A stretch of DNA of 64,000 bases from Ophelia neglecta (Eukaryota): positions 47,616,001 to 47,680,000 of the forward strand of contig OZ260664.1 of NCBI GenBank assembly GCA_965285935.1, read 5' to 3'. The notes beneath the pieces were generated by a model. It ran no database searches, was not told where the DNA came from, and worked only from the letters and a program-made list of their open reading frames with translations. The position numbers and the translations under genes are program-made. Shown here piece after piece: positions 53,801-64,000 of this stretch (its first letter is position 1; every line of letters begins with the position of its first letter).

Positions 53801-56800
53801 ACTCCGGATGGCGAGCCAATCGAACCCACGCAGTACACGCCGGACCAGAAAACTCTCACCCAACAGGCAAAGGTAAGTTAATACCTCACACTCCGGATGG
53901 CGAGCCAATCGAACCCACGCAGTACACACCGGACCAGAAAACTCTCACCAAACAGGCAAAGGTAAGTTAATACCTCACACTCCGGATGGCGAGCCAATCG
54001 AACCCACGCAGTGCACGCCGACCAGAAAACTCTCACCCAACAGGCAAAGGTAAGTTAATAACTCACACTCCGGATGGCGAGCCAATCGAACCCACGCAGT
54101 ACTCGCCGGACCAGAAAACTCTCACCGAACAGGCAAAGGTAAATTAATAACTCACACTCCGGATGGCGAGCCAATCGAACCCACGCAGTACACGCCGACC
54201 AGAAAACTCTCACCGAACAGGCAAAGGTAAGTTAATACCTCACACTCCGGATAGCGAGCCAATCGAACCCACGCAGTACACGCCGGACCAGAAAACTCTC
54301 ACCCAACAGGCAAAGGTAAGTTAATACCTCACACTCCGGATGGCGAGCCAATCGAACCCACGCAGTACACGCCGGACCAGAAAACTCTCACCCAACAGGC
54401 AAAGGTAAGTTAATAACTCACACTCCGGATAGCGAGCCAATCGAACCCACGCAGTACACACCGGACCAGAAAACTCTCACCCAACAGGCAAAGGTAAGTT
54501 AATACCTCACACTCCGGATGGCGAGCCAATCGAACCCACGCAGTACACGCCGGACCAGAAAACTCTCACCCAACAGGCAAAGGTAAGTTAATAACTCACA
54601 CCCCGGGTGGCGAGCCAATCGAACCCACGCAGTACACGCCGGACCAGAAAACTCTCACCCAACAGGCAAAGGTAAGTTAATACCACACACTCCGGATGGC
54701 GTGCCAATCGAACCCACGCAGTACACGCCGGACCAGAAAACTCTCACCCAACAGGCAAAGGTAAGTTAATACCACACACTCCGGATGGCGAGCCAATCGA
54801 ACCCACGCAGTACACGCCGGACCAGAAAACTCTCACCCAACAGGCAAAGGTAAGTTACTAACTCACACCCCGGGTGGCGAGCCAATCGAACCCACGCAGT
54901 ACACGCCGGACCAGAAAACTCTCACCAAACAGGCAAAGGTAAGTTAATACCACACACTCCGGATGGCGTGCCAATCGAACCCACGCAGTACACGCCGGAC
55001 CAGAAAACTCTCACCCAACAGGCAAAGGTAAGTTAATACCTCACACTCCGGATGGCGAGCCAATCGAACCCACGCAGTGCACGCCGGACCATAAAAGGCA
55101 AAGTTAAGTTAATATCACACACTCATGGAATCGAATTATTCAGGCTTAATAGATCCTATGTCAACCATGCAATTTCGCCCGAATTTAAATTTCACCAAGT
55201 TCGAGAAGACATAAAATCGCCCCCCCCCCCCCCATCCTGGGCATAAATAATAAACACTCCCTTAACTTAAATAAATTATAAAAAGATAATATTATCTCGC
55301 AAGATTAGATCATGGTTTTTGTTAACTCTCTTTCCTTTACGTTTTCTTCCCCTATAGTTCTCGATTCCTGCTCTGTATCAATTTTGATATAATATTTTCA
55401 ACAACATGTTTATAATTCTCATTGTGAGAATATTGTGTTTTTTATTTATGAAATATAATCTACGCAATTTATGTTGTAATAGTTGGCAGCCGAAGCTGAA
55501 AATGAAGACAACGTGGCCGAACAAAGGCGTCAACACGCTAAGAGAGTAAGATATGGCGAAGTTATCCAGGTCAGTCGTCATGTTTTCAATGACTTATGAA
55601 AGTTCAGCAAGCCGTGTTCGATTATTCTTTCAAGCACTGGAAGTCATAATTCATTGTTTTGTTCATTTCACTCAGCAGATGTGCAAGCTTCTCGTTTAAA
55701 CATGAACCACGTGTTATCTATTTTCATCTGCAGCTCAAGCACATCTTCACCCAAAAGTTTATTCATGTCAGCACCACTCAGACCAGTCGACGGGACAAAA
55801 ACAACATGCTGGTAAGTATAAATATATTTCAATCAGACTATATAGGTAATCGAGTGTCAAGTTATCTTAGAACAGAAATTTGATTTATAAAGCTCACCTT
55901 TAGATACTGAGTGCAACAGGCTAACAAGTTTTGTCTTGTTTCTTTATAAATTTGGTAGAGAAGTGTTCTTTTCGTTTCTGATTTGGTTGTCTTAAACTCA
56001 TCCATATAAACACCAATTTACTATAAACTTTTCCTCATCAGGTTCATCTACAGGACTGCAACGCCAAGCATGCCATGTTCAGGATACTGCCGAGATACAA
56101 AGTCAAATCTGAAGGCGAATTTGTAAGTTTTAACCAACTTCAACCTAAGGTATTGAAAAGCATTTATTCATCAACGCGCTAAATATTTGTCATTCAATTA
56201 CAGGTCCAAATATTTGACCAAATTATCCTTGAGAGCGTGAAATCTCCTGGCCAATACTATCATGCCAGTGCAGCATGGAAAATTGACCATTTTACCATAG
56301 GGTCAGGAAAAGCTTATTCTCTTTTTAATTCATCAAACGATAAAATGCATATATACTCATCGGTACTGCACACGTTGAAAAATGGAATTATAATATGTAC
56401 GAATGATGAGAGGGATTGATTTAATTTCATAGGTCAGAACTAAATTTGGGGATCCAACCAGCGGGTTTCACGGTGGTGAAAAACTACAGACCTGCAGAAG
56501 ATGCCAAAACACTTGTCAAGGTAAAATGGATTTGCTCCGTCCTGTTTATCCTATTAGCTTAAATGAAAAGTAGATTTTTCAATGTTGTTATAATTTTATT
56601 AAGCATAGACAATCAAAATGACTTTCAAGATAGCTTCAAAAAGTATTCCATAGTACATGATTCGGCTTATTCCATAATTTAATTTAATGAAACGTATACA
56701 TATGTAATTGACCATAAGCCCAAATATGAAATTGTATTATCAGTTTTTGCAATGAAATTAAATGATGTTGGATTTTGACGTTATATAAAGGGTCGTTCAC

Positions 56801-59800
56801 AACAACCTATTCAAATAGGCCAGGGAATAAGAAGAAGAAGGGTATGACCTTTTTAAAAACACAACCAGTATGGATTACAATTAACGCATTTCCCCGAATT
56901 TTTCTGTGCTAATTTCTTGGTACATGTACCTTCCTTGGGACCTTTCCGAGTAACTGTACGGGTGTCTTTCTCCTTACCTATCGTAGAAATCAACTGCTAA
57001 AAGAATGCCCACAAAAGAATGTGCGCTTTTATCAAATCTGTAACAATCCTGGTACAATTGTCGCTAAGATCTGCCACGGTATGAACATGGGTGCTTGTTA
57101 AAAAGCTATCTTAAAATCTTTACGCCATACATATTTTGGTAGAATATTAATACACTGGTCTTGGGACTTCTAGAAATGCATATTTTGAAAACAATGTCTG
57201 CATGGACTGTGCTATTATTTGCACGTCTGTACATACAACTTCGTGGGCTTGGCGTATATATTATAGGTCTATTTGACGTCTCCTGACGTGTTCCAAACAA
57301 CAGCTTATACTTCTATCCACTAACAATTGCTCCTGAAACCATACAACTATTCTTTTTCAGGTTTAAGAAAAGGTTTGAACTGTATATAATGTATTTCACG
57401 ATCTTTTTTAACAATAATCATGTTTCTCCATTGCTCTGACATTTGAGGCTCAAGAGGCTTTAGTTTTACCGTAACATTTCATTATTTTCTTCACAATTTA
57501 TTGTCTTTCGATATTCTGTGTTCTTTTAAGTCTCTGTGAATTATTATAATTTTACCATTAGTATAAAATTATGTCTGGCAAACTTCAGTTAGAAGATTAT
57601 TGATCGGATTTTTATTTATGTGTTTATCTGACTTTTTAGAGTCAACGGTTAAAGCAAGTGAACGTAAGTAGTACACTATACCACTAACAGCACGCTCGAA
57701 AAAAAAATTGCCTCCGAAAGTGCAAAGCACATCTACTAACCTATTGCCTAATTTTGTTGCACTTCGAGGTCTGACAACGTTGTTTGCAATATTCAATCAT
57801 TAATAGACTAGGGTGGTTTAGTCGTTTTTCTGACTACCCCTTAGCGTACCATGGGGCACAATCTACCAGGCAATATGGACGGAAAATCGTTGAATTGTAT
57901 GAAAATTGAAAACGTCTGCTGGTTGGCTTAGGTGGCGTAACGGTAGGCAGACGGACGTCGCGGCGTCAGATAAATCTAAACAAATTGATTACTATTGAGA
58001 GCAAACTCGTGGTGCTGTATGTACTAGTGCCTTGCGTTCCGTGTTTAGGATATGAAAAGTAGTAACTTTGATTAGCTCCGGGTGCGCCTAGCTTTTACCT
58101 CAAATTGCTCTTAACTCGCACAAACTTTTGGACTGTTTACTTAGTCAGGGGGTTTGTTGAATTCGTTTACTTTTTTTAGGATAAATGGGGTTAAATTATG
58201 ATGAATTTATATTTTATATTGCATTCTTTCCAAAGACTGTGTAATTTGTTTTTTTTCTTTATAAATAATTGAACATGCATATAATACATTTGTTCTCGCT
58301 TCTAATGCCGCAAAATAGATGTCCCTTTATGGGAGCTATGAGTGTGTGTGTGTGTTAACTTTGCGCCTCCCTCCTAGCTGGGATGTTAACCAAGGTTCTT
58401 ACTTTTCACGGCCTTACCGCGTTTGTACTTTTTATTTTGTGTCCATGCTTTTTGTGTGATCCGCCTTTCATTTATTATGTTGTTTTATAGTTCAGGTGTG
58501 CTCAATCGTGCGTATGAATTGATCCCCCAAGGGGGGATTCATTTTCGTTGGGGAAACACATACCTTGTAGGCCTATATTGATTTTATTTTTGTGAAACAT
58601 AGTGATCAGACGTATTAACTAGTTGTTTCATTTTAATATGACTAATATGACTAAAAATGCCATACAAGTGCCAAGGCTTAGTAGTCCTGTAGGTGTGCCA
58701 CTTTGACGGTAACGGTGCCTAAATTTCCTAAGCCAGATTAATCATAACCCAAAACTTTGTACCCTTGCAGCAGAGGCTAATGCCTTTCGCATAGCTTCTT
58801 CGCATCACACGCTACAGGCGAAGAGAACAAAGCTGTGTACTCTGCTACGAAGGGAACAAACTTTGTCGCTCAATTGATTAGTCACAATGAACAACAATGA
58901 AAATAAGATGTATGTATACATCTTAATTCATCTCTAGAGATGAATGACTTGGTCACTTTGAACCAGCTTACGAATGCCTTTGACAACCCTTACCAGTATT
59001 CATTAAATAATGCCTTGGTAGGGTATTTTAGGGGCATCAAGAGGAGTGGCCCCAGGAGTAGGGTTGGGGCCCCAGGAGTAGGGTTGGGGCCCCAGGAGCA
59101 GAGAATCCTTGCGTAGAAGCCCGGGATAGAGATCCCGATCTAGCATAGAGGCCCGGGTGTTGAAGCCCAGGGGTAGAGGTCGAGTTAGCCGCGCCCATTA
59201 TCCATATCAATATCAATGAACAGTTACCAATTAGAAACATTTTCTATGATAAACCTGTCTAGCAATTAGGTTGTAACCATGCTCGACATCTTATTAAATC
59301 GAAGTTAAAAATGTTGCAGGGTTAACGGTGTGACTAATCTTGCTTAGGCAATAAGAGGCAACTGTACTAATCCGTTCTAATTCGAATAACTGAATTAGTA
59401 TTATTGACTAGATAGCCTTAGCATGTATGGCTCACCAATGCGTATATGATTTTGACTTACTTGTTTGGCCAAAAAGAGTAAAACGGTAAGTTAGTTTTTT
59501 ATAGTGACATTGATGTTTATAGGTTCGCATTACATAAGATGCATGTTTGTTCCAGTCATCATTTAAAGTCCCAACTTTCTTTCAAACAGCCTGGGTCTTT
59601 CAGAAAATTGATTTCATATAAAGCATATTATTATTATTATAATAATTATAAACAAACGCAATATCAGTGAAAAATTTAAAATTTAATTCGGCGTTAATTT
59701 ACCCATAGCATACATCTATCGTCTAAGTTTTATGCTACTTGTATTTTTAATAAAGTTTCTGAAAGATTCCGGCTGTGTCGCACCTGGTCTTGCCTTACTG

Positions 59801-60785
59801 CTTTCTCGCACTATGCAGTTAATTTACCCCTGCTGCCCTATCAGTTGCCTCAGGATGTGCCCAACATGTCGAGCAAGGCACGGCAAGAACTGAGGGTAAC
59901 ATCTTCTGGTCGTGCAGACCGTCATTCCGTCATTGCAGGGTGGATCCGCCATCAGACTGTTTCATAAAGAGCTGGAGGCCTATCTCGTCGCCGAGGGACT
60001 GTTTGATGAAGAAATTATGGAAGATGGTGAGCAAAAAAAGTGGAATTTTATTTATTCATTAAAAGGGGAATTTATTTCATTTGTTCAAATGAATCCATTC
60101 CCCATGTATAGTTTTTAGTGATTTATTTAAAGGGGAGTTTTATTTTATCGATTTATTTAAAGGGGAATTTTATTTTATCGATTAAAAGGGCAAGTTTACT
60201 GTTTCATTTAATCATTTAAAATAACCACTTTTCCCTTGTCATCGTCATGTGTTCTGTGTTTGTTCGCCAAGGCCTAGCCCATGCAAAATAAGAATTGTTG
60301 ACATTCGGTTCTTCAAACAGCAAATCAGTTTTTTCATAATTGCCTCTATTCAGTGCATTTGCGTATCCGGGAAGTGGATCAGCTCGTCCCGAAGTCCCTC
60401 TACCCCTCGACATCAGGGAACACCTACTGGCAGATCGAGGCCGAGTCCAGCCTACTACACGGTGAGCCGGCTCAATGGGGCAACATTCCCCCCTTCTTAA
60501 TACAAATAATTGACAATCACTTCATCAGGCATGCCTGTTCTTTTTTGATTGGTTTTCTTCCAAACAATATCCATGATACTATTAAACATAGCAAATTGTT
60601 ATTTGAATAATGACAGTGGTTGTTTACTTTCCATTTTAGGTGAAGTCATCCGATGGGAACAACAAGTGAGGTTCCGCCACATTTGTACCCGACAGTATCT
60701 TTGCATAACCGCAGACCGGCGGGTCACTCTGACGCCAGACGCAAAGGATCCGCGGACAGTGTTCAGGCTACATCCGGTTATAAAG
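50817..60785 (+). CDS. Divergent inositol 1,4,5-trisphosphate receptor-like (ITPR/RyR superfamily) Ca2+ release channel, 5' part; 11 coding exons, 358 aa in window, 3' end outside window
   Basis: join(50817-50899,53084-53157,53463-53605,55483-55569,55734-55811,56042-56122,56204-56301,56433-56520,59939-60026,60354-60461,60640-60785) = 1074 nt, open, all introns GT..AG with matching phases. Motifs are collinear with IP3R1 recalled from memory: FLCIGDFISLF~FLHIGDICSLY, FQICIQNRY~FKLCPMNRY, RYGEVIQLKH~QYGNVIQLLH, FRILPRYKVKSEG~FYIQPFYKLRSIG, GGSAIRLFH~GGDVVRLFH, RFRHICTRQYL~RFKHLATGHYL. No symbol given because orthology to canonical ITPR is doubtful. Confidence 0.93.
53084..53157 (+). CDS. ITPR-like coding exon 2 (S/SAHNGLFIYQWQDREKPANIPSPQ/A)
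   Basis: Acceptor ttgtattgcag, donor G|GTTTGG. 74 nt (1+72+1) exactly reconciles the phase 2 end of exon 1 with the phase 1 start of exon 3. Confidence 0.85.
53463..53605 (+). CDS. ITPR-like coding exon 3 (A/VQFQICIQNRYKLNKKYRKLIPHTPDGEPIEPTQYTPDQKTLTQQAK)
   Basis: Acceptor ttcttgtctttgcag, donor AAG|GTAAGT at 53606. Its 3' 84 nt form the first unit of the tandem array. Confidence 0.9.
53522..55135 (+). repeat. 89-bp minisatellite spanning the exon 3/intron 3 boundary; 17 intact units plus a degenerate 18th
   Basis: Unit ttaatacctcacactccggatggcgagccaatcgaacccacgcagtacacgccggaccagaaaactctcacccaacaggcaaaggtaag. GT donors at 53606, 53695, 53784, 53873, 53962, 54050, 54139, 54227, 54316, 54405, 54494, 54583, 54672, 54761, 54850, 54939, 55028. 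Confidence 0.98.
55216..55265 (-). repeat. Terminus of the same TTAA-type MITE family as 14868-14920, inside ITPR-like intron 3
   Basis: poly-C-atcctgggcataaataataaacactcccttaa. Confidence 0.5.
55483..55569 (+). CDS. ITPR-like coding exon 4 (LAAEAENEDNVAEQRRQHAKRVRYGEVIQ)
   Basis: Acceptor ttgtaatag, donor CAG|GTCAGT, 87 nt, phase 0/0. Resembles IP3R [28 protein letters not shown]. Confidence 0.9.
55734..55811 (+). CDS. ITPR-like coding exon 5 (LKHIFTQKFIHVSTTQTSRRDKNNML)
   Basis: Acceptor ttttcatctgcag, donor CTG|GTAAGT, 78 nt. Confidence 0.9.
56042..56122 (+). CDS. ITPR-like coding exon 6 (VHLQDCNAKHAMFRILPRYKVKSEGEF)
   Basis: Acceptor tttttcctcatcag, donor TTT|GTAAGT, 81 nt; followed by an 81-nt intron. 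Confidence 0.9.
56204..56301 (+). CDS. ITPR-like coding exon 7 (VQIFDQIILESVKSPGQYYHASAAWKIDHFTI/G)
   Basis: Acceptor caattacag, donor GG|GTCAGG, 98 nt, phase 0/2. Resembles IP3R [21 protein letters not shown]. Confidence 0.88.
56433..56520 (+). CDS. ITPR-like coding exon 8 (G/SELNLGIQPAGFTVVKNYRPAEDAKTLVK)
   Basis: Acceptor aatttcatag, donor AAG|GTAAAA, 88 nt, phase 2/0. Confidence 0.87.
59048..59098. repeat. 20-bp tandem repeat, 2.5 copies
   Basis: (ggccccaggagtagggttgg)n in intron 8. Confidence 0.85.
59939..60026 (+). CDS. ITPR-like coding exon 9 (GGSAIRLFHKELEAYLVAEGLFDEEIMED/V)
   Basis: Acceptor gtcattgcag, donor G|GTGAGC, 88 nt, phase 0/1. Start of the region equivalent to the IP3-binding core. 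Confidence 0.9.
60121..60180. repeat. 30-bp tandem duplication in intron 9 with degenerate flanking copies
   Basis: atttatttaaagggga(g/a)ttttattttatcg x2; related copies near 60050 and 60181. Confidence 0.85.
60354..60461 (+). CDS. ITPR-like coding exon 10 (V/HLRIREVDQLVPKSLYPSTSGNTYWQIEAESSLLH/G)
   Basis: Acceptor cctctattcag, donor G|GTGAGC, 108 nt, phase 1/1. Resembles HVFLRTT...ATSSKALWEVE. Confidence 0.9.
60640..60785 (+). CDS. ITPR-like coding exon 11 (G/EVIRWEQQVRFRHICTRQYLCITADRRVTLTPDAKDPRTVFRLHPVIK)
   Basis: Acceptor tttccattttag, donor AAG|GTAACA, 146 nt, phase 1/0. MIR-type RFRH..T..YL motif. Confidence 0.9.
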
Positions 60786-63700
60786 GTAACATCAACTTAC
60801 GACCAAACTGACTAACGCCTTTATTTGTAATGATTTGAGTAATATTATATACCCATACATTCTGTATAAATCCACCATTATTTTGATGAGTTTTGGTAAA
60901 TTCCTGTTATTCATTGGTTCGTCAAATATATTTAAGTGTTTCGTAATTCAGCAAGTCCTTAATGTTATATTTCATTGTTGTGTATTTCATTGATGCGCGT
61001 GGTGGTAGTCTTCAGACTAATTCTAGATGTCCTTAACTTCCCTTCCCTATAGGTATGTGTGTGGTGGTGTAAAGGCCGGTACAGCAGTTACTTATCTATA
61101 CCCGACTGAACATAACGCAAATGATGCATGTATGTCAATCAGATATAATATGAAAACATAATGAAAATGGTCACAAATAAACTCTGATTTAGCCACTTCA
61201 ACCGTTGCAGTCACTGCTCTGCCTGGCGACATTGTCTATGTACTTCGCTAGCAACCATGCAGCGAACAAATCATCCATTTATTTCACCGGCATATTTTTT
61301 AACTTAATCAAGTCATTGTCAAGTCACACTCCGAAAGTTACATTAAAATAATTTTATTAATTAACTATAAAGTGCAATTAATTATACCATAATAATATCA
61401 TTATAAAAATAGTTAATAATAACTAAAAGTACACAATGTTTGGAGTCATTTACTCCTGGTTAATGCACATGAACAGTATTTATGGTTATCACAATAATCA
61501 AATATAATCATCCTACATTTGTGTCATTATTATATTACCAAATATGTAAACAATCAATTACGTAGCCTTCTGATTTATCCTCAAGTTCAATGATCGGGAC
61601 CAGTAGTTTAGTATAAAAGTAAGCTTATACTCATGGATTATTGGCCGGTTATTATTGGTCATATACTGTTTTCAGAGTGACTCATTTAAAAGGCGTCATT
61701 ACTTATATTGGAATATTGGTAAATCAAATTAAAGCAATCACGATATTACAATCACATTATAAGAAACAGGTATAGATATAATTCATATTTGATATATAGG
61801 GTAATGAATAGATAGCATATGTCGACAAATTCTGCCGCCATCATGAATTGTAATCGAATATAAAACCAGCGTCCTCGAGACAAGTGCCTGTTTAGGTGAT
61901 GATACAGCCTATCCCCTCCCATGTAAGGCCCCATTTACTCGATGTCTCGCCTTGTGTCATTGGTTAACACGCCCCTATCTCGCGTGTCCTCATACCAGAT
62001 TAACATTTGGAATTTTATTGATACCATAAATACAAATCATTGCTACTTTATTAAACTATACTAATCAGGTTGTTTGTCTACTGTTGGAGTTCCCACGCCT
62101 ATAGATTTGTGTATGACCCTAGCGATTAAAGCATGTTGAATGTTCTATGTTTTTGTGAATGTACGAATCATGATGCACCTGCTGATACCACACGATAAAG
62201 TTTAACACCCTATTAAACACAAACTTTGACAATTGGTCATTTTGCCCCCGCAGAGGTAAGTAGTTCCTCGAGATGAATCTGTGTAGTTCCAGCAAGAACA
62301 TCGCGAAGTTCCACGAAATGGCCTTGTATTGTAGGTAGAAGAGTAAAATGTTAGTTAAGTTAACCGTGTAGGCAGTCGAAGGCTCATGAACGCATAGAAA
62401 TTTGAAATTACTGATATCCGAGACACATTTTTAACGATGGTGTGACTACTAGCCTATAATGTACTAAAACAATAAGTCATCCTCCATGTTTACTGCTAAA
62501 TTCTACCGATAATATAAACATCAGAAGCGGTTTTTTAGTTTTAACTAAATATCCAGGTGTTGGGGTTGCTTTCCGCCCAGCACGGTACGTATAACTAGGC
62601 CTGTTCATCCGATGACTTTTTCTCACCATACTTGTGGCGCTCGGAGGCGAACGCCTATATTTTGCCACAGTAGGTATGATCTTTTCGCGTTTTATTCCGA
62701 ATCAAAATGGTTTTTTTTTTATACTGATTCAAAATCTATCTTATGGGTCATCACATTAGTATGCCTATCACAAAGGTTTGATTGTCTCACTGAAATCGCA
62801 AAAGGGTAGCTGTTTTTGGCGCTTATTTTTCCATCAAAAGGTCAATATTTAGAAAAATTTCGATCAAAAGGGTATCTTGGCAAAATTCCTATCAAATGGG
62901 TACCTTTCTTGAGGACCTTTACCATAACCGTAAATATTCAGGTGCCATAAGCGATTAAATCTTTCAATTTAACTTGCCGCAATTGACCGGAAGTCTATGT
63001 AGAATGTCCCGGATTTCGGCCACGTACACAGGCCTTTCCTGGAAAAAAGCGGGCTTTTAGTGGAACTATGAGGTCCTCTCTCATGCAGCTACATATTCCA
63101 CAGGGGCCTGAATATCAGTAATGACATATAGCGACGTAAAATATTATGTATCCGCCTACCTCTAACAATCATATAACAAACCCATTAATAGTGCATGTCA
63201 TAAACCTTACTCACCTTAAATATAAACAGTGAGTCTATGTTTGTCGTACCCAATCTCAAGTAAAACTTTATCGAGTGGTGATCGCACGTCTCAAAATGGT
63301 GTTGTTCTGGGGCTGCCAGATGTCCCATTTCATTGAGCTAACTTATTTGACCTCCCCTTCCTATTTCAGCCCGGCGACCAAGGCAGTGTAAGAAGCTATA
63401 GTTTGGTAGCGTAGTTAGCTCCATTATTCGTTTCCATTTTATTTCTGCCTTCATTTATCCGCCGACGTTCGCAATTGCAAGGGCGTATTTATTTCTTACG
63501 TTAATTACGAACCTTTTACAGCTCCTGCATGTCAGTTTTACTGATACAATATTATTTGAAATTATATTTATATCGCAGTCCTTATATGAAGGGACCGCAT
63601 TCATTGACTTTCAAGTCACCTTCTCCGTTACAATTTTAATTAACCATACTGAGTACCCATAATTACCTTATATTATTTTATTATTGCTGATGAACTTATC

Positions 63701-64000
63701 TAACATTAAATATTCAAGCTTCCCTGAACAAACCAACGCTTATTTGAAATCAACACATTAGGAATTTGACTTTGATCCCTATCATATTGCTATTGCAATT
63801 TCCTAGGCGATGTTTTGCGTCGTAAGTCTAAACGCATGCGTGTTACGTACAGCTCAGTAGAATGTTTTCTATATTACCTACCAAGACGCTTTCGTTATTT
63901 TGTTATCCATTATGACCACACCCTATGGTATATTTTACCGTGCATTTTATGGGCACCGTTAGCAATCAGATTCGAAGGCTTACCATACTAATTTTTATTT

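Noticed and set aside
53419-53970. ORF-track proteins 53419-53703, 53708-53929 and 53788-53970 as separate genes
   Set aside because: They are frame-rotating read-throughs of the 89-bp repeat; the true frame is defined by the exon 3 splice phases.
53522-55135. CRISPR-like array
   Set aside because: Units are contiguous near-identical copies with no unique spacers, the context is a eukaryotic intron, and there are no cas genes.
6593-55233. Scattered poly-G/poly-C runs (~6593, 14904, 19743, 21336, 29295, 40249, 41224, 55220) as a G-quadruplex system
   Set aside because: Several sit in recognisable MITE termini and they show no regular spacing; no evidence for a coordinated function.
63370-63405. 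Possible exon 12 (PGDQGSVRSYSL) after a good pyrimidine tract
   Set aside because: Weak donor (gtagcg), a stop soon after, and no convincing match to the expected next MIR segment; the next exon is probably beyond 64000.

Overview
AT-rich eukaryotic genomic DNA, probably from a marine invertebrate (inferred from composition and repeat types). It has no prokaryotic features, and almost all of the ORF track is spurious. The one supportable gene is the 5' part of a spliced, divergent inositol 1,4,5-trisphosphate-receptor-like (ITPR/RyR superfamily) Ca2+ channel on the + strand. I assembled 11 coding exons (50817-60785) by hand with GT-AG introns; all phases match and they give 1074 nt (358 aa) covering the N-terminal suppressor and MIR/beta-trefoil region. 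The gene continues beyond the window. The first ~50 kb is intergenic or 5'UTR intron, filled with minisatellites, MITEs and decayed transposons. The most striking structure is an 89-bp tandem array (53522-~55135) whose unit is exactly the last 28 codons of coding exon 3 plus GTAAG. It therefore stacks 17 intact 5' splice donors behind the exon, each preceded by in-frame CAG triplets that could act as micro-exon acceptors. Also notable: several canonical IP3-contact residues are substituted, and a duplicated acceptor/ATG module creates an overlapping uORF at the start codon.
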